In this document: one piece after another, positions 48,838 to 59,196 of the stretch | Layout of the letters: every line of letters begins with the position of its first letter | Numbering within the stretch: the first letter of the stretch is position 1 | Origin: Candidatus Ryanbacteria bacterium RIFCSPHIGHO2_02_FULL_45_17b | GTDB lineage: Bacteria; Patescibacteriota; Minisyncoccia; Ryanbacterales; 2-02-FULL-48-12 | Assembly: GCA_001819815.1 (NCBI GenBank) | Contig: MHNO01000009.1 | Location: 71,734 to 135,733, forward strand | Reading direction: 5' to 3' | DNA length: 64,000 nucleotides | Program-made: the position numbers and the translations under genes | Notes under the pieces: generated by a model | The model's database searches: none | Told to the model about the DNA's origin: nothing | The model's input: the letters and a program-made list of their open reading frames with translations, nothing else

Positions 48838-50256
48838 TCAAAAATCCTCAACTATTTTTAAAAGCAAGCGCACAGGCACGCCAACGGCTCCTTTTGCTAA
48901 ATACTCCCCTTCAATACTTGTCATACGCGGCGCCATATCAATATGTACCCACGGACATGCTAAATCTTTTGCAAAAGCGTGCAAAAACTTCGCGGCAGTA
49001 ATGGCTCCTCCGTAACGAGTTTTGCCTACGTTCGCAATATCGCCAAACGTTCCTTTTATCTCTTCATCATATTCTTCCCATAAAGGCAACGGCCATACAT
49101 AATCCCCTGATTCTTCACCCCATACACGGAGCTTATGCTCCAAGGTTTCATCCTCGGTAAAAATTGCAGAACACCGCTGTCCCAACGCCGCCATAGCAGC
49201 ACCCGTAAGAGTCGCTACATCCACCACGAGTCTTGGTTTATAGCGTTTTGCGTATGTAATGGCATCAGCAAGAATAATGCGCCCTTCCGCATCCGTATTC
49301 AAAACTTCAATAGTACGGCCGGAAAGCGATTGTAACACATCTCCCGGATGATAACTTGAACCCGATGGCATGTTTTCGACTGCCGGCACGAGCCCGATAA
49401 TATTTCGTTTAATACCGAGCCGCGCCGCAAGCGCAACGGCATGAATTACCGCCGCACCCCCCGACATATCCATATGCATTTCATAAATAGCATCAGATGG
49501 TTTTAAATTGAGACCACCCGTATCAAACGTAACACCTTTTCCTACCATTACTACCGGCTTTTCATTTGACGTCCCTCCACGGTATTCAAGAATAATAAAC
49601 TGCGGTTTTTCGTCCGATCCGCAAGATACCCCGAGAATACCGCCCATGCCAACTTTTTTTATTTCGCGCTCACCCAGAACCGTGATTTTCACAGGCAACC
49701 CGCGCACTGCATTACGCGCGGCACCAGCAAGGAGAGCGGGCGTCATATCGCCACCCGGCGTATTTGCGAGCGAACGGCATGCGTTTATTTCTTTTGCAAT
49801 TACCTGCCCGCGCAAAAATGCTTTTTGGACAGTTTTTGTTTTGCATCCTGTCACAAATACATCCCGAAGAAACTTCCAGCCTTCTTTCGGTTCCGACTTG
49901 TATACAACGAACTCAAAATTCGCGAGCTCCATATGCGTGGAAATCAACTCCGCTAACTCTTCTTCTTTCAAATGAAGATGGGAATCCCCCAACTGGCGGA
50001 ATAAATCTGCAACGTCTATATGCACGCGTTCTATATGGTGCGCTTTTACAACACTTACAATTTTGCGCGCCAATAACACCAGCTTGCGCCGCGTAATATC
50101 TTTCATTTCGCCGCCCGCGCCAACCTCAAGCACACCCAAACCGTCTTCGCGAATAAGCAAAGATTCTTTTGCGTGCGCTAACCGAATGCGTGCGACATCC
50201 GGATCAAGCGCTTTTTTTGCGCCGGTTTCGAAATGAAATGTTATGGGTTTCAACAT
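48838..50256 (-). CDS. pepA: leucyl aminopeptidase (M17 family)
   Basis: NTDAEGRIILADAITYA and the metal-ligand region GKGVTFDTGG. Start at MLKPITF. Confidence 0.9.
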   Translation of the reverse strand: MLKPITFHFETGAKKALDPDVARIRLAHAKESLLIREDGLGVLEVGAGGEMKDITRRKLVLLARKIVSVVKAHHIERVHIDVADLFRQLGDSHLHLKEEELAELISTHMELANFEFVVYKSEPKEGWKFLRDVFVTGCKTKTVQKAFLRGQVIAKEINACRSLANTPGGDMTPALLAGAARNAVRGLPVKITVLGEREIKKVGMGGILGVSCGSDEKPQFIILEYRGGTSNEKPVVMVGKGVTFDTGGLNLKPSDAIYEMHMDMSGGAAVIHAVALAARLGIKRNIIGLVPAVENMPSGSSYHPGDVLQSLSGRTIEVLNTDAEGRIILADAITYAKRYKPRLVVDVATLTGAAMAALGQRCSAIFTEDETLEHKLRVWGEESGDYVWPLPLWEEYDEEIKGTFGDIANVGKTRYGGAITAAKFLHAFAKDLACPWVHIDMAPRMTSIEGEYLAKGAVGVPVRLLLKIVEDF

Positions 50257-50363
50257 AATTATAATTATTCCTTTCTTGCGTTTTCCGATACCGAAATGAT
50301 GAAGGCGTCCGATAGGCGGTACGCCCCTGCCGATTACCAAGTTTTGCGTAATTTTTCATCCCG

Positions 50364-51350
50364 TTAATACCGCGCAGGAACAGGTACCGGCTTCTCTAAT
50401 CCTTTCTGTGGCGGATAGAGTTCCGGATCAATCGTACGCTCAAAACAAGTACGCCCCGTGCCATGGGTCCAACGCCCATCAAACTTAATACTTGGATTAA
50501 CTGGTATATAGGGTACTGCATATTCATTAACGTCACCATCATTACTTGGAAGAGAAAAATCCGCACACAGTTCAAAAGTCAGACCCCCTTTTACGACATA
50601 TGAATATACTGCGCCTGATTCCGGATCCGGATCCATTGGCACCTGAAAACCGCCTATCGGATCATTCAAATCGGAAAGCGTAGCAGGTAATTTTTCTTTT
50701 TGCTGCCAATAATTTACTATCTGCCATTGAATAGATTGCAAATCGTTCACGCGTTGCTGGTCAAATTGCCGCAAGCGTTCTGTCTTTGGTGAACCCACAA
50801 AGAAAAATGAAATACCAACAATACCGGCCACAATGGCTATAACCGCCCACCCGAACAACTCCATGCCCGCGGGCTTGGTATCTTTCATGTCCCAGTAGTA
50901 GTACCAAAACACAGCACTCGCCACCAAAAACACAGAAAGAATTTTCAAAAGAAACCGCGTGGTAAGTTCTCCGTTAAGAAAACTGTTCACGAGTGCCACA
51001 AGATCTCCCATGATAATGAGTCCGGCGACAAACAAAGTAAAATACGTGAGCCATTTCCGGATGCGTATTTCTTTACGTTCCGGTTCTTTCGCGTAAGTCC
51101 GCGCCAAAAAACTCATCACCCACAAGTATACAGGAAAGACAATAACAAGCGATGAGACCCCAAAACGGATTGCAGACCGCGCGCCCTCTGCGCTTCCATA
51201 AGAAAGCGGATCTGGAATCTGAAGGTTCACAAACTGAAACAAGAGTGTCAACACACCTGCCACGCTTCCATAGAGTGTCACAATGGCCAACAATTGCAAA
51301 AAAATGTCCTTAGGAGATGGTTTATGTGATGCTTCTACCATGCTCATCAT
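50364..51350 (-). CDS. hypothetical polytopic membrane protein (DUF5671-like N-terminal region)
   Basis: 4-5 TM helices, then a C-terminal soluble domain. Confidence 0.4.
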   Translation of the reverse strand: MMSMVEASHKPSPKDIFLQLLAIVTLYGSVAGVLTLLFQFVNLQIPDPLSYGSAEGARSAIRFGVSSLVIVFPVYLWVMSFLARTYAKEPERKEIRIRKWLTYFTLFVAGLIIMGDLVALVNSFLNGELTTRFLLKILSVFLVASAVFWYYYWDMKDTKPAGMELFGWAVIAIVAGIVGISFFFVGSPKTERLRQFDQQRVNDLQSIQWQIVNYWQQKEKLPATLSDLNDPIGGFQVPMDPDPESGAVYSYVVKGGLTFELCADFSLPSNDGDVNEYAVPYIPVNPSIKFDGRWTHGTGRTCFERTIDPELYPPQKGLEKPVPVPARY

Positions 51351-51363
51351 TCTACCACAAAAC

Positions 51364-52224
51364 CTATTTTTTGCTAGTTTTCTTAAACTTCAAAAAATCT
51401 TTCACTTTAAACGTAAACCCAGCGGCGGCTGCGTGTCCGCCGCCGCCATAGCGCTCGGCAAGTTTTGCCACGTTCACCGCCTTGCCATCTGAACGTAAGG
51501 AAACAACAACCTTACCTTCCCGCCACGACCAAATCAAAGCAACCGGTGTACCATGCTTTACAATGGAATGGCCAATTTCTGAAACATAAAATGGTGAATT
51601 CACCATCAATGCTTTATGCCCTTCAAAGGTAACATCTTCTCCAAACCCAATAAGCCGCCCTATGCGTCTATCCCGCGAACGAAGCAATGTTGTTCCTTCT
51701 TCGATATATTTCTTTTCCTTTCCTTGTTCAAAGTCACGAACAAGTTTGTCCCACGTTTTAAAATTCATGTCATACAATGAAAGAGCCTCGGCAATTTCAC
51801 GCGTGTGCCGCAATCGGAATTTCCAAATATCATAATCTTCCACATGCCGCAACAAGCGCGGCACGGGTTTTCCCGGATGGAAAAATTTCCAACTCAGCAC
51901 CGCGCCCGAATGCGCCATGTCAAACAACTTGCTGTCTGCCAGAGACGCGGCTTCTTTGTTTGTTTCGTGATGATCAATGACCGTAAGCGAGTTTACCCGC
52001 TCGCGAATCCGCGGCACCACATCTAGCGAAAAAGAATAATCAAGGGTAAATAAATCAGTATGTACGGCTTTTAAGGGAAGTTCGCAATTATTAGGAGGAA
52101 CCGCGAAATAAAAAGCCTCGTCCTTGAATTTTCTCCATGCCGCCCACGCGGCGCCAAACCCATCGGTACAATCAGCATGATACAACACCGCGATTCGTTT
52201 TGTAGAATTTTTTCCGCGTGACAT
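51364..52224 (-). CDS. DHH/DHHA1-family phosphoesterase (NrnA-like)
   Basis: AVLYHADCTDGFGAA, TVIDHHE (DHH), C-terminal GGGGH (DHHA1). Confidence 0.75.
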   Translation of the reverse strand: MSRGKNSTKRIAVLYHADCTDGFGAAWAAWRKFKDEAFYFAVPPNNCELPLKAVHTDLFTLDYSFSLDVVPRIRERVNSLTVIDHHETNKEAASLADSKLFDMAHSGAVLSWKFFHPGKPVPRLLRHVEDYDIWKFRLRHTREIAEALSLYDMNFKTWDKLVRDFEQGKEKKYIEEGTTLLRSRDRRIGRLIGFGEDVTFEGHKALMVNSPFYVSEIGHSIVKHGTPVALIWSWREGKVVVSLRSDGKAVNVAKLAERYGGGGHAAAAGFTFKVKDFLKFKKTSKK

Positions 52225-52238
52225 AGATAATAATGGAA

Positions 52239-52802
52239 TTACTCGCCATCGGCGCTTGCAATTGTGTTAAAAGAAACAGAAATCATATTCCCCGCCGCAT
52301 CTTTCACAGGCTCGTCTGTTTTGTGATCAAACTGTTTGTCTCCATTTGAATCGGAAAAAAGTTCGGCTTTATACCGCTCTCCGCCAACCATATCCCGTAA
52401 TAACGGCACAAGCATATTCTCATGCACACCGCCCGGAAACCACCCCGCGCCTAAAATATTGCCCGCCGCGCCATCATCATTTGTTTCCCGCACCACAACC
52501 CACCGCGCCTCGGAAAAATCAGCCTTCTGTACCAAAACCGAAGCGCCTGCACGCTGATTTTCCACTACAACCATATCTGTTCCGGATGATGGCATCATTC
52601 CTGCCGCCACATTGGTCTCAGTTCCTTTGCCCGCAGATTCCTTGTTAAATGGAAGCGGTGCGAGCGTCGGATTCATCGCTGAATCTTTACTTGAATCCTT
52701 ATTTGTGTCTCCCGTAAAAAGAGAAGCCACGCCAAATCCAATAAAAAACGAAGCGATAGCAACAATAATTAAATCCTTGTTTTCGTTAAGTCGTTGTAAC
52801 AT
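52239..52802 (-). CDS. hypothetical membrane-anchored/secreted protein
   Basis: N-terminal TM helix. No family. Confidence 0.35.
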   Translation of the reverse strand: MLQRLNENKDLIIVAIASFFIGFGVASLFTGDTNKDSSKDSAMNPTLAPLPFNKESAGKGTETNVAAGMMPSSGTDMVVVENQRAGASVLVQKADFSEARWVVVRETNDDGAAGNILGAGWFPGGVHENMLVPLLRDMVGGERYKAELFSDSNGDKQFDHKTDEPVKDAAGNMISVSFNTIASADGE

Positions 52803-52880
52803 ACTTTTATTTGTTAGATCTTATAAGAGGCTTCCCCCTCTGAAAATCAACCTTTCTATGCCATCATATACTCATTATCC

Positions 52881-53714
52881 ATGAATGAGCAAAAACGTCA
52901 AAATTTTCAAAAAATCGTCTGGCAATGGTATCGCCTACATACCCCTGCTTTACCTTGGCGCAACACAAAAAACCCCTATCATATCTTCGTGTCGGAAGTC
53001 ATGCTCCAGCAAACACAAATCCCGCGGGTGCTTGTAAAATATCCAGAATTTCTAAAAATCTTTCCAACCATCAAAGCACTTGCAAAAGCTCCCCTGCGGC
53101 GCGTCCTTTCTGTCTGGCATGGTATGGGTTACAATCGGCGCGGACTCTATCTTTTACAATCAGCTCAATACATTATGGAAAAATATGCCGGAACAATTCC
53201 AAAAGACATAGATACGCTTAAGGCACTCCCGGGCATCGGGCACTATTCCGCGCGCGCCATTGCGTGCTTTGCATACGGCGTCTGCGAACCGTTTATTGAA
53301 ACAAATATCCGCCGTGTCATCATTCATGAATTTTTCCCGAAGAAAAAACAAGTTGACGACAAAGATGTTTTAAAAGTCTTGACCGCAGTAGAACCCGCAC
53401 AGAAAACCCAAGAATGGTATTGGGCGCTTATGGATTACGGGCGAGAAGCATTGAGACATACACCGAACGCGAATCGAAAGAGTAAACACTACGCGAAACA
53501 ATCCCGGTTTGAAAGCTCACCGCGCTACGTTCGCGCAAAGATAATTTCTTACTTATTGGAAAACAAAAAAGCGACGGTGGAAGAACTCCGCGCATCGCTT
53601 AGAACAGACGGGCACCTGAAACATCTTTCCCTGCAAGCTGTGAAAAACATCCTTGCGGGATTAGAGAAAGAAAAACTTGTCACAAAGACAGAATTATTTT
53701 TTGGGATCGCTTGA
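52881..53714 (+). CDS. HhH-GPD base-excision glycosylase, MutY/A-G-specific adenine glycosylase-like
   Basis: PWR...PYHIFVSEVMLQQTQIPRV ... LPGIGHYSARAIACFAYG (HhH-GPD). No clear 4Fe-4S Cys cluster. Confidence 0.65.
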   Translation: MNEQKRQNFQKIVWQWYRLHTPALPWRNTKNPYHIFVSEVMLQQTQIPRVLVKYPEFLKIFPTIKALAKAPLRRVLSVWHGMGYNRRGLYLLQSAQYIMEKYAGTIPKDIDTLKALPGIGHYSARAIACFAYGVCEPFIETNIRRVIIHEFFPKKKQVDDKDVLKVLTAVEPAQKTQEWYWALMDYGREALRHTPNANRKSKHYAKQSRFESSPRYVRAKIISYLLENKKATVEELRASLRTDGHLKHLSLQAVKNILAGLEKEKLVTKTELFFGIA

Positions 53715-53927
53715 TTTGCTCCCACACTCTATATCCATGTTTGGTTTTTTGCGGACGTGCCACGTCGTTAAATCAATACAACCACGAAGACCGGGACGAC
53801 GCGACATGAGATTTGCCACATCCTTCTGCCTATTCGCCTCCTCCTCCGTATACAGACTATCCAACCACACGAGCCCACTATTTGAGGCCGTGTAACCAAT
53901 CTGCCATCCCTTTTCCTCGTCAGGCAT
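53694..53927 (-). CDS. hypothetical protein
   Basis: 77-aa ORF overlapping the 3' end of the MutY-like gene. Weak. Confidence 0.2.
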   Translation of the reverse strand: MPDEEKGWQIGYTASNSGLVWLDSLYTEEEANRQKDVANLMSRRPGLRGCIDLTTWHVRKKPNMDIECGSKSSDPKK

Positions 53928-53997
53928 TTTTCTACTCCTTTTTGGGCAAAATTCTATCCGAAGACATTGTACTATAGAAATAAAACTATATCAATAG

Positions 53998-54933
53998 CTA
54001 TCCAACTTTTTTCTCTTGCCATTTCTGCCATGTTACCAAAAGCGGGCTTGCGATAAAAATAGAGCTGTAAGTACCGGCAATTGTGCCAACTAAAAGCGCC
54101 AATGAAAAATATTTGGTAGATTCGCCTCCCAAGAAAAATAAAGTCAGGAGCACTAAGATAAGCGTAAGAGAAGTATTTATAGATCGCACTATCGTCTCGT
54201 GAATGCTCACATGTACGGTTTCTGCAAAATTTGTGGCGCTATGCTTTCGCAAATTTTCGCGAACGCGGTCAAACACTACAATGGTATCATGCACGGAAAA
54301 TCCAAGAATGGTAAGAAGCGCGCTGATAAAGAGCGCGTTTATTTCCACCCCATGAAACCTGCCCAAATACACAAACAGACCCGTCGGAATTGCCACGTCA
54401 TGAATAAGCGCGATAATCGCGACCACCCCATATTTCCACGATGAAATGGGGTGCGAGACATGCCGAAACGCAACCGCAATATAGGCAATAATCATTACTA
54501 AAACTAAGACAAGCGCCCAGACAGCTTTTCGTTTAAGCTCGCTCCCAATAACAGGACCAACAGATACAAAACGTTTCTCTAGCACCATTGAATCCAAGCC
54601 GCGCAAAGCTCCCAAAACCTGCTGATGCGTTTCTTCATCCAAGTCACGCATGCGAAGAATTATACCCTTTTGGCCTGTTTGCTGAATTTGCACGTCTCCT
54701 AATTCAAACATGGCGAGATGACTGTCTATCGCCTCCTGAGAAGGCGCGGAACCAGAAAACTCAAGTTCCATCAATGATCCGCCCGTAAAATCAATACCCA
54801 ACGGTAGACCCCAGACAGCCAACATAACACCGCTTGTAAGAACAAGCGCGCCTGATATCATATAAAAAACCTTTCGTAATGCAACAAAATCCATAATGTT
54901 ATGCTCCAAAAAGAAAACGGGTAATTTTACCAT
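53998..54933 (-). CDS. secF: protein translocase subunit SecF
   Basis: 6-TM SecF topology with the conserved GFSVHDTIVVFDR-like region. Confidence 0.9.
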   Translation of the reverse strand: MVKLPVFFLEHNIMDFVALRKVFYMISGALVLTSGVMLAVWGLPLGIDFTGGSLMELEFSGSAPSQEAIDSHLAMFELGDVQIQQTGQKGIILRMRDLDEETHQQVLGALRGLDSMVLEKRFVSVGPVIGSELKRKAVWALVLVLVMIIAYIAVAFRHVSHPISSWKYGVVAIIALIHDVAIPTGLFVYLGRFHGVEINALFISALLTILGFSVHDTIVVFDRVRENLRKHSATNFAETVHVSIHETIVRSINTSLTLILVLLTLFFLGGESTKYFSLALLVGTIAGTYSSIFIASPLLVTWQKWQEKKVG

Positions 54934-56215
54934 CTGGCAATTTCAACGCGCGAAAAAACGTTCGCGTAATCGTGATCGCCGAAAACATGCTTACTACCAC
55001 CCCCAACCCTAACGTCAACGCGAAACCTTTAATCAAACTTGTGCCAAACCAATATAAAATGAAAGCAGTAATAATGCTAGACATGTTGGAATCTCGAATG
55101 GAAGCCCACGCGCGATTGAAACCCTCTTCAATAGAACCCGCCAATGTACGACCTGCTTTCATCTCCTCGCGGAAACGTTCAAAGATGAGAATATTTGCGT
55201 CAACAGCCATACCTATGGAAAGAATAAACCCCGCGACACCCGCCGCGGTAAGCGTTACCGGAACTAATTTAAAAATAACAAGAAGCAGAGCCGTATATAG
55301 AAGAAGAGCAAACACTGCCATAAGACCGGGTAGGCGGTACCAAAGAATCATAAACAGCGCGACCGCCAAAAGACCGTACGCACCCGCGTTCAGGCTTCGG
55401 ACAAGTTCCGCCTGCCCTAAAGACGCCTCCACACTTTGCTGGCTTACCAGCGTTATGGGCACGGGTAGAGCGCCAGAATTTAACCTGCGCACAAGTTCAC
55501 GCGCTTCGTCTACCGTGAAGTTTCCGCTGATCTGCGCTTGTCCGCCCGTTATTTTTTGCTGGACAACAGGCGCTGAAATAGGAAACCCGTCCAAATAAAT
55601 AGCAAGTTGTTTTCCAATATTCTGTTCCGTGAGATTTTCAAACAACAGCGAACCTTCATCATCAAATGAAAGCGTTACCAATACTTGAATACCTGTTTGC
55701 CCATATTGAACATCTGCGCGCTTAAGATATTTCCCTGTAAGTTCTGTAGGTATAAAATAAGCATCCTCTCCCAACCGCTCACCCTTTGCTTGAGCATCCA
55801 AAATCGCTTGCCGTTCTTCAGCAGACCGTTCGGTACGAAACTCTAAAAAAGGCGTCTCACCGATAAGTCGTATTGCTTCGCTAATTTCACGCACACCCGC
55901 AAGTTCCACAATAAGCCTCTGTTCCCCGCTCGCCTCTTCAATCTGGACAACCGGTTCTGAAACACCGAACGCGTTTACCCGGCGCTCAATCACGTCACGC
56001 AAGCCTTCCATAGATTCCGCAACATCGACAGATGGTATACTAGAAACATCCGCCTGGTACAACAAATGAGTGCCGCCTTGCAAATCAAGCCCCAACCGAT
56101 ACGGAACTTGGGGAAGAAACGGAATAATTGTATACGGCGAGGCAAAAACGCCCGCAAAACCGCCGGCGACTAACAAGAGTACTGCGATAATTCTAATCTT
56201 AGCGGATTGCGGCAT
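54899..56215 (-). CDS. secD: protein translocase subunit SecD
   Basis: N-terminal TM helix, periplasmic domain, C-terminal 5 TM helices. Directly upstream of secF. Confidence 0.9.
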   Translation of the reverse strand: MPQSAKIRIIAVLLLVAGGFAGVFASPYTIIPFLPQVPYRLGLDLQGGTHLLYQADVSSIPSVDVAESMEGLRDVIERRVNAFGVSEPVVQIEEASGEQRLIVELAGVREISEAIRLIGETPFLEFRTERSAEERQAILDAQAKGERLGEDAYFIPTELTGKYLKRADVQYGQTGIQVLVTLSFDDEGSLLFENLTEQNIGKQLAIYLDGFPISAPVVQQKITGGQAQISGNFTVDEARELVRRLNSGALPVPITLVSQQSVEASLGQAELVRSLNAGAYGLLAVALFMILWYRLPGLMAVFALLLYTALLLVIFKLVPVTLTAAGVAGFILSIGMAVDANILIFERFREEMKAGRTLAGSIEEGFNRAWASIRDSNMSSIITAFILYWFGTSLIKGFALTLGLGVVVSMFSAITITRTFFRALKLPDGKITRFLFGA

Positions 56216-56224
56216 ATATGTGCT

Positions 56225-56653
56225 CTAGCTCCCTACCTCAATTCCCATACTCCGAGCTGTTCCTTCAATAATTTTAGAAGCGGCATCCACATCGTATGCG
56301 TTCAAGTCTTCCATTTTAACTGTCGCAATTTCGCGTACTTTGGCGCGGGAAACCTTACCCACTTTATTGCGAAGCGGACTGCCGGAACCCTTTTCCACAT
56401 CAGCCGCTTTACGAAGCAAATCGGATGCCGGCGGTGTTTTTAACTTAAAATCAAACGTGCGATCCTGATAAATAGTTATTTCCGCAGGGATAATTGAATC
56501 ACCTTTATCAGCCGTTGCCTGGTTAAACTTATTGACAAAATCACCTATGTTTATGCCATGGGGCCCTAAAGCGGTACCAACAGGAGGAGCAGGTGTTGCT
56601 TTTCCAGCGGGTAACTGAAGCTTTAATATTATTTTTATTGGTTTTCCTGCCAT
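56225..56653 (-). CDS. rplK: 50S ribosomal protein L11
   Basis: [25 protein letters not shown] signature. Confidence 0.95.
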   Translation of the reverse strand: MAGKPIKIILKLQLPAGKATPAPPVGTALGPHGINIGDFVNKFNQATADKGDSIIPAEITIYQDRTFDFKLKTPPASDLLRKAADVEKGSGSPLRNKVGKVSRAKVREIATVKMEDLNAYDVDAASKIIEGTARSMGIEVGS

Positions 56654-56658
56654 AATAA

Positions 56659-57204
56659 TTATAGTTTACTTACCTGCAAAAAGTCTAACTCCACGGGCGT
56701 TTCCCTGCCAAAAATAGATACCAGAACCTTTGCTTTACCCCGTTCTTCATCCACCTCCGAGACCCTGCCCTCATAGTCTTTGAACGGTCCGTCAGTGATT
56801 TTTACCGCATCTCCCGCCACTAAGTCAATTTTGTGCCGTGGTTCGTCCTGATTCATATGCTTCAATAACACATCCATCTCTTCTTGGGAAAGAGGCGTAG
56901 GGGTAGTACCAGAACCCACAAATCCCGTCACTCGAGGCGTATTCCGAATAACATACCATGAATCGTCAGTCACAACCATTTCCACAAGCACGTATCCGGG
57001 ATAAATTTTTTCTTCCACCACGCGCCGTTTCCCGCCTTTGATTTTTATTTTTTTCTCTATAGGCACCAGTACGTTAAAAATTTTATCCTCCATACCCATA
57101 GATTCAATGCGCTGGCGCAAATTGCGGGATACCGCATCTTCGTAACCTGAATAGGTATGCACCGCATACCAATTTCTTCCAAATTCTGATGTTTGTTTAG
57201 CCAT
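56659..57204 (-). CDS. nusG: transcription termination/antitermination factor NusG
   Basis: NGN domain ([11 protein letters not shown]) and C-terminal KOW. Start at MAKQTSE. Confidence 0.9.
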   Translation of the reverse strand: MAKQTSEFGRNWYAVHTYSGYEDAVSRNLRQRIESMGMEDKIFNVLVPIEKKIKIKGGKRRVVEEKIYPGYVLVEMVVTDDSWYVIRNTPRVTGFVGSGTTPTPLSQEEMDVLLKHMNQDEPRHKIDLVAGDAVKITDGPFKDYEGRVSEVDEERGKAKVLVSIFGRETPVELDFLQVSKL

Positions 57205-57224
57205 GTACTCGCTTAAAACCTTAT

Positions 57225-57410
57225 TTATAATATAAAAATTTCCAATAAAAATTGGAACAAAATATCTAACGTTCCTAAAAATATTGCCACCACGACTGAA
57301 ATACCAATAACCGCGAGTGTGTGCTTTGTGGTATCCTGCCGCGAAGGCCACACGACTCGCTTAAGTTCGGTTTTTGTTTCAGAAAAATAGGTTGCAAGTT
57401 TTGTGAACAT
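57225..57410 (-). CDS. secE: preprotein translocase subunit SecE
   Basis: 61 aa with a single C-terminal TM helix, immediately upstream of nusG (conserved secE-nusG-rplK order). Confidence 0.8.
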   Translation of the reverse strand: MFTKLATYFSETKTELKRVVWPSRQDTTKHTLAVIGISVVVAIFLGTLDILFQFLLEIFIL

Positions 57411-57419
57411 AGTTTTGAG

Positions 57420-57450
57420 CTTTTTTAAAAGGCCCGCAGGCCCTTATACG
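57420..57450 (-). terminator. intrinsic terminator upstream of secE (end of the preceding transcription unit)
   Basis: GGGCC-TGC-GGGCC hairpin followed by TTTTAAAAAAG on the minus strand. Confidence 0.4.
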
Positions 57451-57503
57451 GTCATACTACTATACGCCTGGAGGAAAGTCAAATTCTTAGAAAAATAGTT
57501 CTT

Positions 57504-58523
57504 TTAGGGAAACAGCTTGTTAAAATGTTCTTTTATAACCTTCGAGGCAAACTGATCAGGAATATCTTCCGTATTGATAGAGTGATAAGCCCGCTCTTGT
57601 GCTTCTACAATTGATTCTCTCGTAGGATACCCTTTCTGGGAAAGAATTTTTTCATTTGTAGTATACCATGTATCTAATTTCCCTCCAGCATCAAGTGCAA
57701 GCGCAAGCCGCCCGGGATTCCAATTTCCAAAAGGCAACGCCTCCATTTCAATCTTCCTTTGCTCTCTATACTTATCCCCATCAGGTTCTATAAGATAATG
57801 CCGCGCATGGCCTAATTCATGGAGAAAAATAAAAGCTGCTAATATTTCAGGTGTCACCTTATCTGGATCAATTCCTGCTTTCTCAGCACTAATCTGCGCA
57901 GACACACGGCGCTCTTTCATAAGATTACGGTAATGTTCTATCCCTAAACGAGCATTCACTGTCACTGAAGGTCTCTGCCTGAAAGTTTGCGATTGATGAC
58001 GAGCAAAACCTCCTGTTTTCTTTAACACTGGCTCGCGTTCTGGATCTCCCAAAATAATATCCACGTCTCGCAGTTCAGGAAAATTTCCGGCTGCCGCTTC
58101 ATATGCGCGTGCAAATATTTTTCCCACTTCACCTGCGCTCTCTAGAACTTGAACTACCCGACCGCCTGCAATAGCCTCGCCATCATAAAATAGTATTGTT
58201 CCCCCCTCTTTACCCCACAATGTTCCTTCTTCAAAAATTTTTATTGTCTTACCTTCATCATCTTTTATAACCGCTTGATAGGAGTCTTTTTCTCTGTCTC
58301 GCAGAATAGTAAAATGCTCTCCTGGCTGTAATCGAAGATGGCCGCCTTCAGGTGTTTTTACGGCAAGCTCTTGGCTCGTTCCTTGTGTAACTCGCGTCTC
58401 CCATAATAAATAACGTGGTACTGTTCCTCCTGGTGTAAGTGGTTTTAACTTCTCTATGCCTTCCATCTCTTTTGACGGTTCAGATGTAGATTCAACAAAT
58501 TGTTTTGGCCCTTCAAATCCCAT
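57504..58523 (-). CDS. hypothetical protein starting MGFEG, with an HExxH motif (HELGHARHY)
   Basis: 339 aa. Starts 27 nt after a gyrB-tail repeat copy, like the paralogous-start gene at 60313..60996. Confidence 0.5.
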   Translation of the reverse strand: MGFEGPKQFVESTSEPSKEMEGIEKLKPLTPGGTVPRYLLWETRVTQGTSQELAVKTPEGGHLRLQPGEHFTILRDREKDSYQAVIKDDEGKTIKIFEEGTLWGKEGGTILFYDGEAIAGGRVVQVLESAGEVGKIFARAYEAAAGNFPELRDVDIILGDPEREPVLKKTGGFARHQSQTFRQRPSVTVNARLGIEHYRNLMKERRVSAQISAEKAGIDPDKVTPEILAAFIFLHELGHARHYLIEPDGDKYREQRKIEMEALPFGNWNPGRLALALDAGGKLDTWYTTNEKILSQKGYPTRESIVEAQERAYHSINTEDIPDQFASKVIKEHFNKLFP

Positions 58524-58550
58524 AGGTTTTTGTCCTTACATTTGTGTTCA

Positions 58551-58592
58551 TTACATATCCAAATTCTTCACCAATTTAGCGTGTGTTTGAAT
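58551..58592. repeat. direct-repeat copy (copy 3) of the gyrB 3' end
   Basis: Minus-strand reading gives IQTHAKLVKNLDM*, against the gyrB C-terminus IQTHAKAVKNLDI*. Confidence 0.7.
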
Positions 58593-58599
58593 GAGTACA

Positions 58600-59001
58600 C
58601 TACAATAACGTTGCCCAACCATACTGTTTGATGTGTTGGTATAACTTTCTATCTGCTGTCACAAATGGGCAATGAAGTTGCCTCGCAAGATACACATAAA
58701 GAGCGTCATATACTGTTATATTATGACTGTGAGCAAGAGAATAGACCTCTTTTAATTCCTTCAGGGAAAAGTTAAATGCTTGCAGTTCCATACCAGTCAA
58801 AATGTCCATTACAGCAAGTCCGCCTTCTTCCGTAATACCCGACTTGTGCCGTAACACATTAGCCACTTCGTAATATAAAAGATCAGGTACTCCTACTACA
58901 TCTTCTCCAGAAACATGTTGACGCTCAAAAACACGGGCTTCCTCTGAACCAGCTTCTTCCTGCAACCACTTAATGACAACTGACGCATCAAGAACAATCA
59001 T
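58600..59001 (-). CDS. vapC: PIN-domain ribonuclease toxin (VapC-like)
   Basis: MIVLDASVVIKWL ... YDALYVYLA ... FVTADRK contains the PIN acidic quartet. Confidence 0.8.
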   Translation of the reverse strand: MIVLDASVVIKWLQEEAGSEEARVFERQHVSGEDVVGVPDLLYYEVANVLRHKSGITEEGGLAVMDILTGMELQAFNFSLKELKEVYSLAHSHNITVYDALYVYLARQLHCPFVTADRKLYQHIKQYGWATLL

Positions 59002-59166
59002 GTAGACTGTTTTCCGTCACGCAAATTACGTATCGCTTTTACCGCATTCCATCCTTTAAGTTTTCTTGCATATTTCTTGCGCCATGCCTCAAGCGAACGA
59101 TGAGCATCCATGCGCTGTAAAGATGTAGTGCCTTTATTTTTTTTTCTCGTGGTTACCGTTGCCATG
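58998..59166 (-). CDS. putative VapB-like antitoxin (56 aa; below the ORF-track cutoff)
   Basis: MATVTTRKKNKGTTSLQRMDAHRSLEAWRKKYARKLKGWNAVKAIRNLRDGKQST. The stop TGA overlaps the vapC ATG (ATGA). Coordinates are +/- a few nt. Confidence 0.45.
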
Positions 59167-59196
59167 ACAACATTCTACCATGAGACGTGATATTCA

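Noticed and set aside
54972-55598. 208-aa plus-strand ORF
   Set aside because: Antisense to secD. Rejected for the same reason.
57411-57503. Expected tRNA-Trp upstream of secE (the common tufA-tRNATrp-secE-nusG arrangement)
   Set aside because: The 93-bp spacer has no cloverleaf or T-loop (GTTCGA) signature. It contains a terminator hairpin and a decayed gyrB-tail repeat instead. No tRNA could be supported anywhere in the window.
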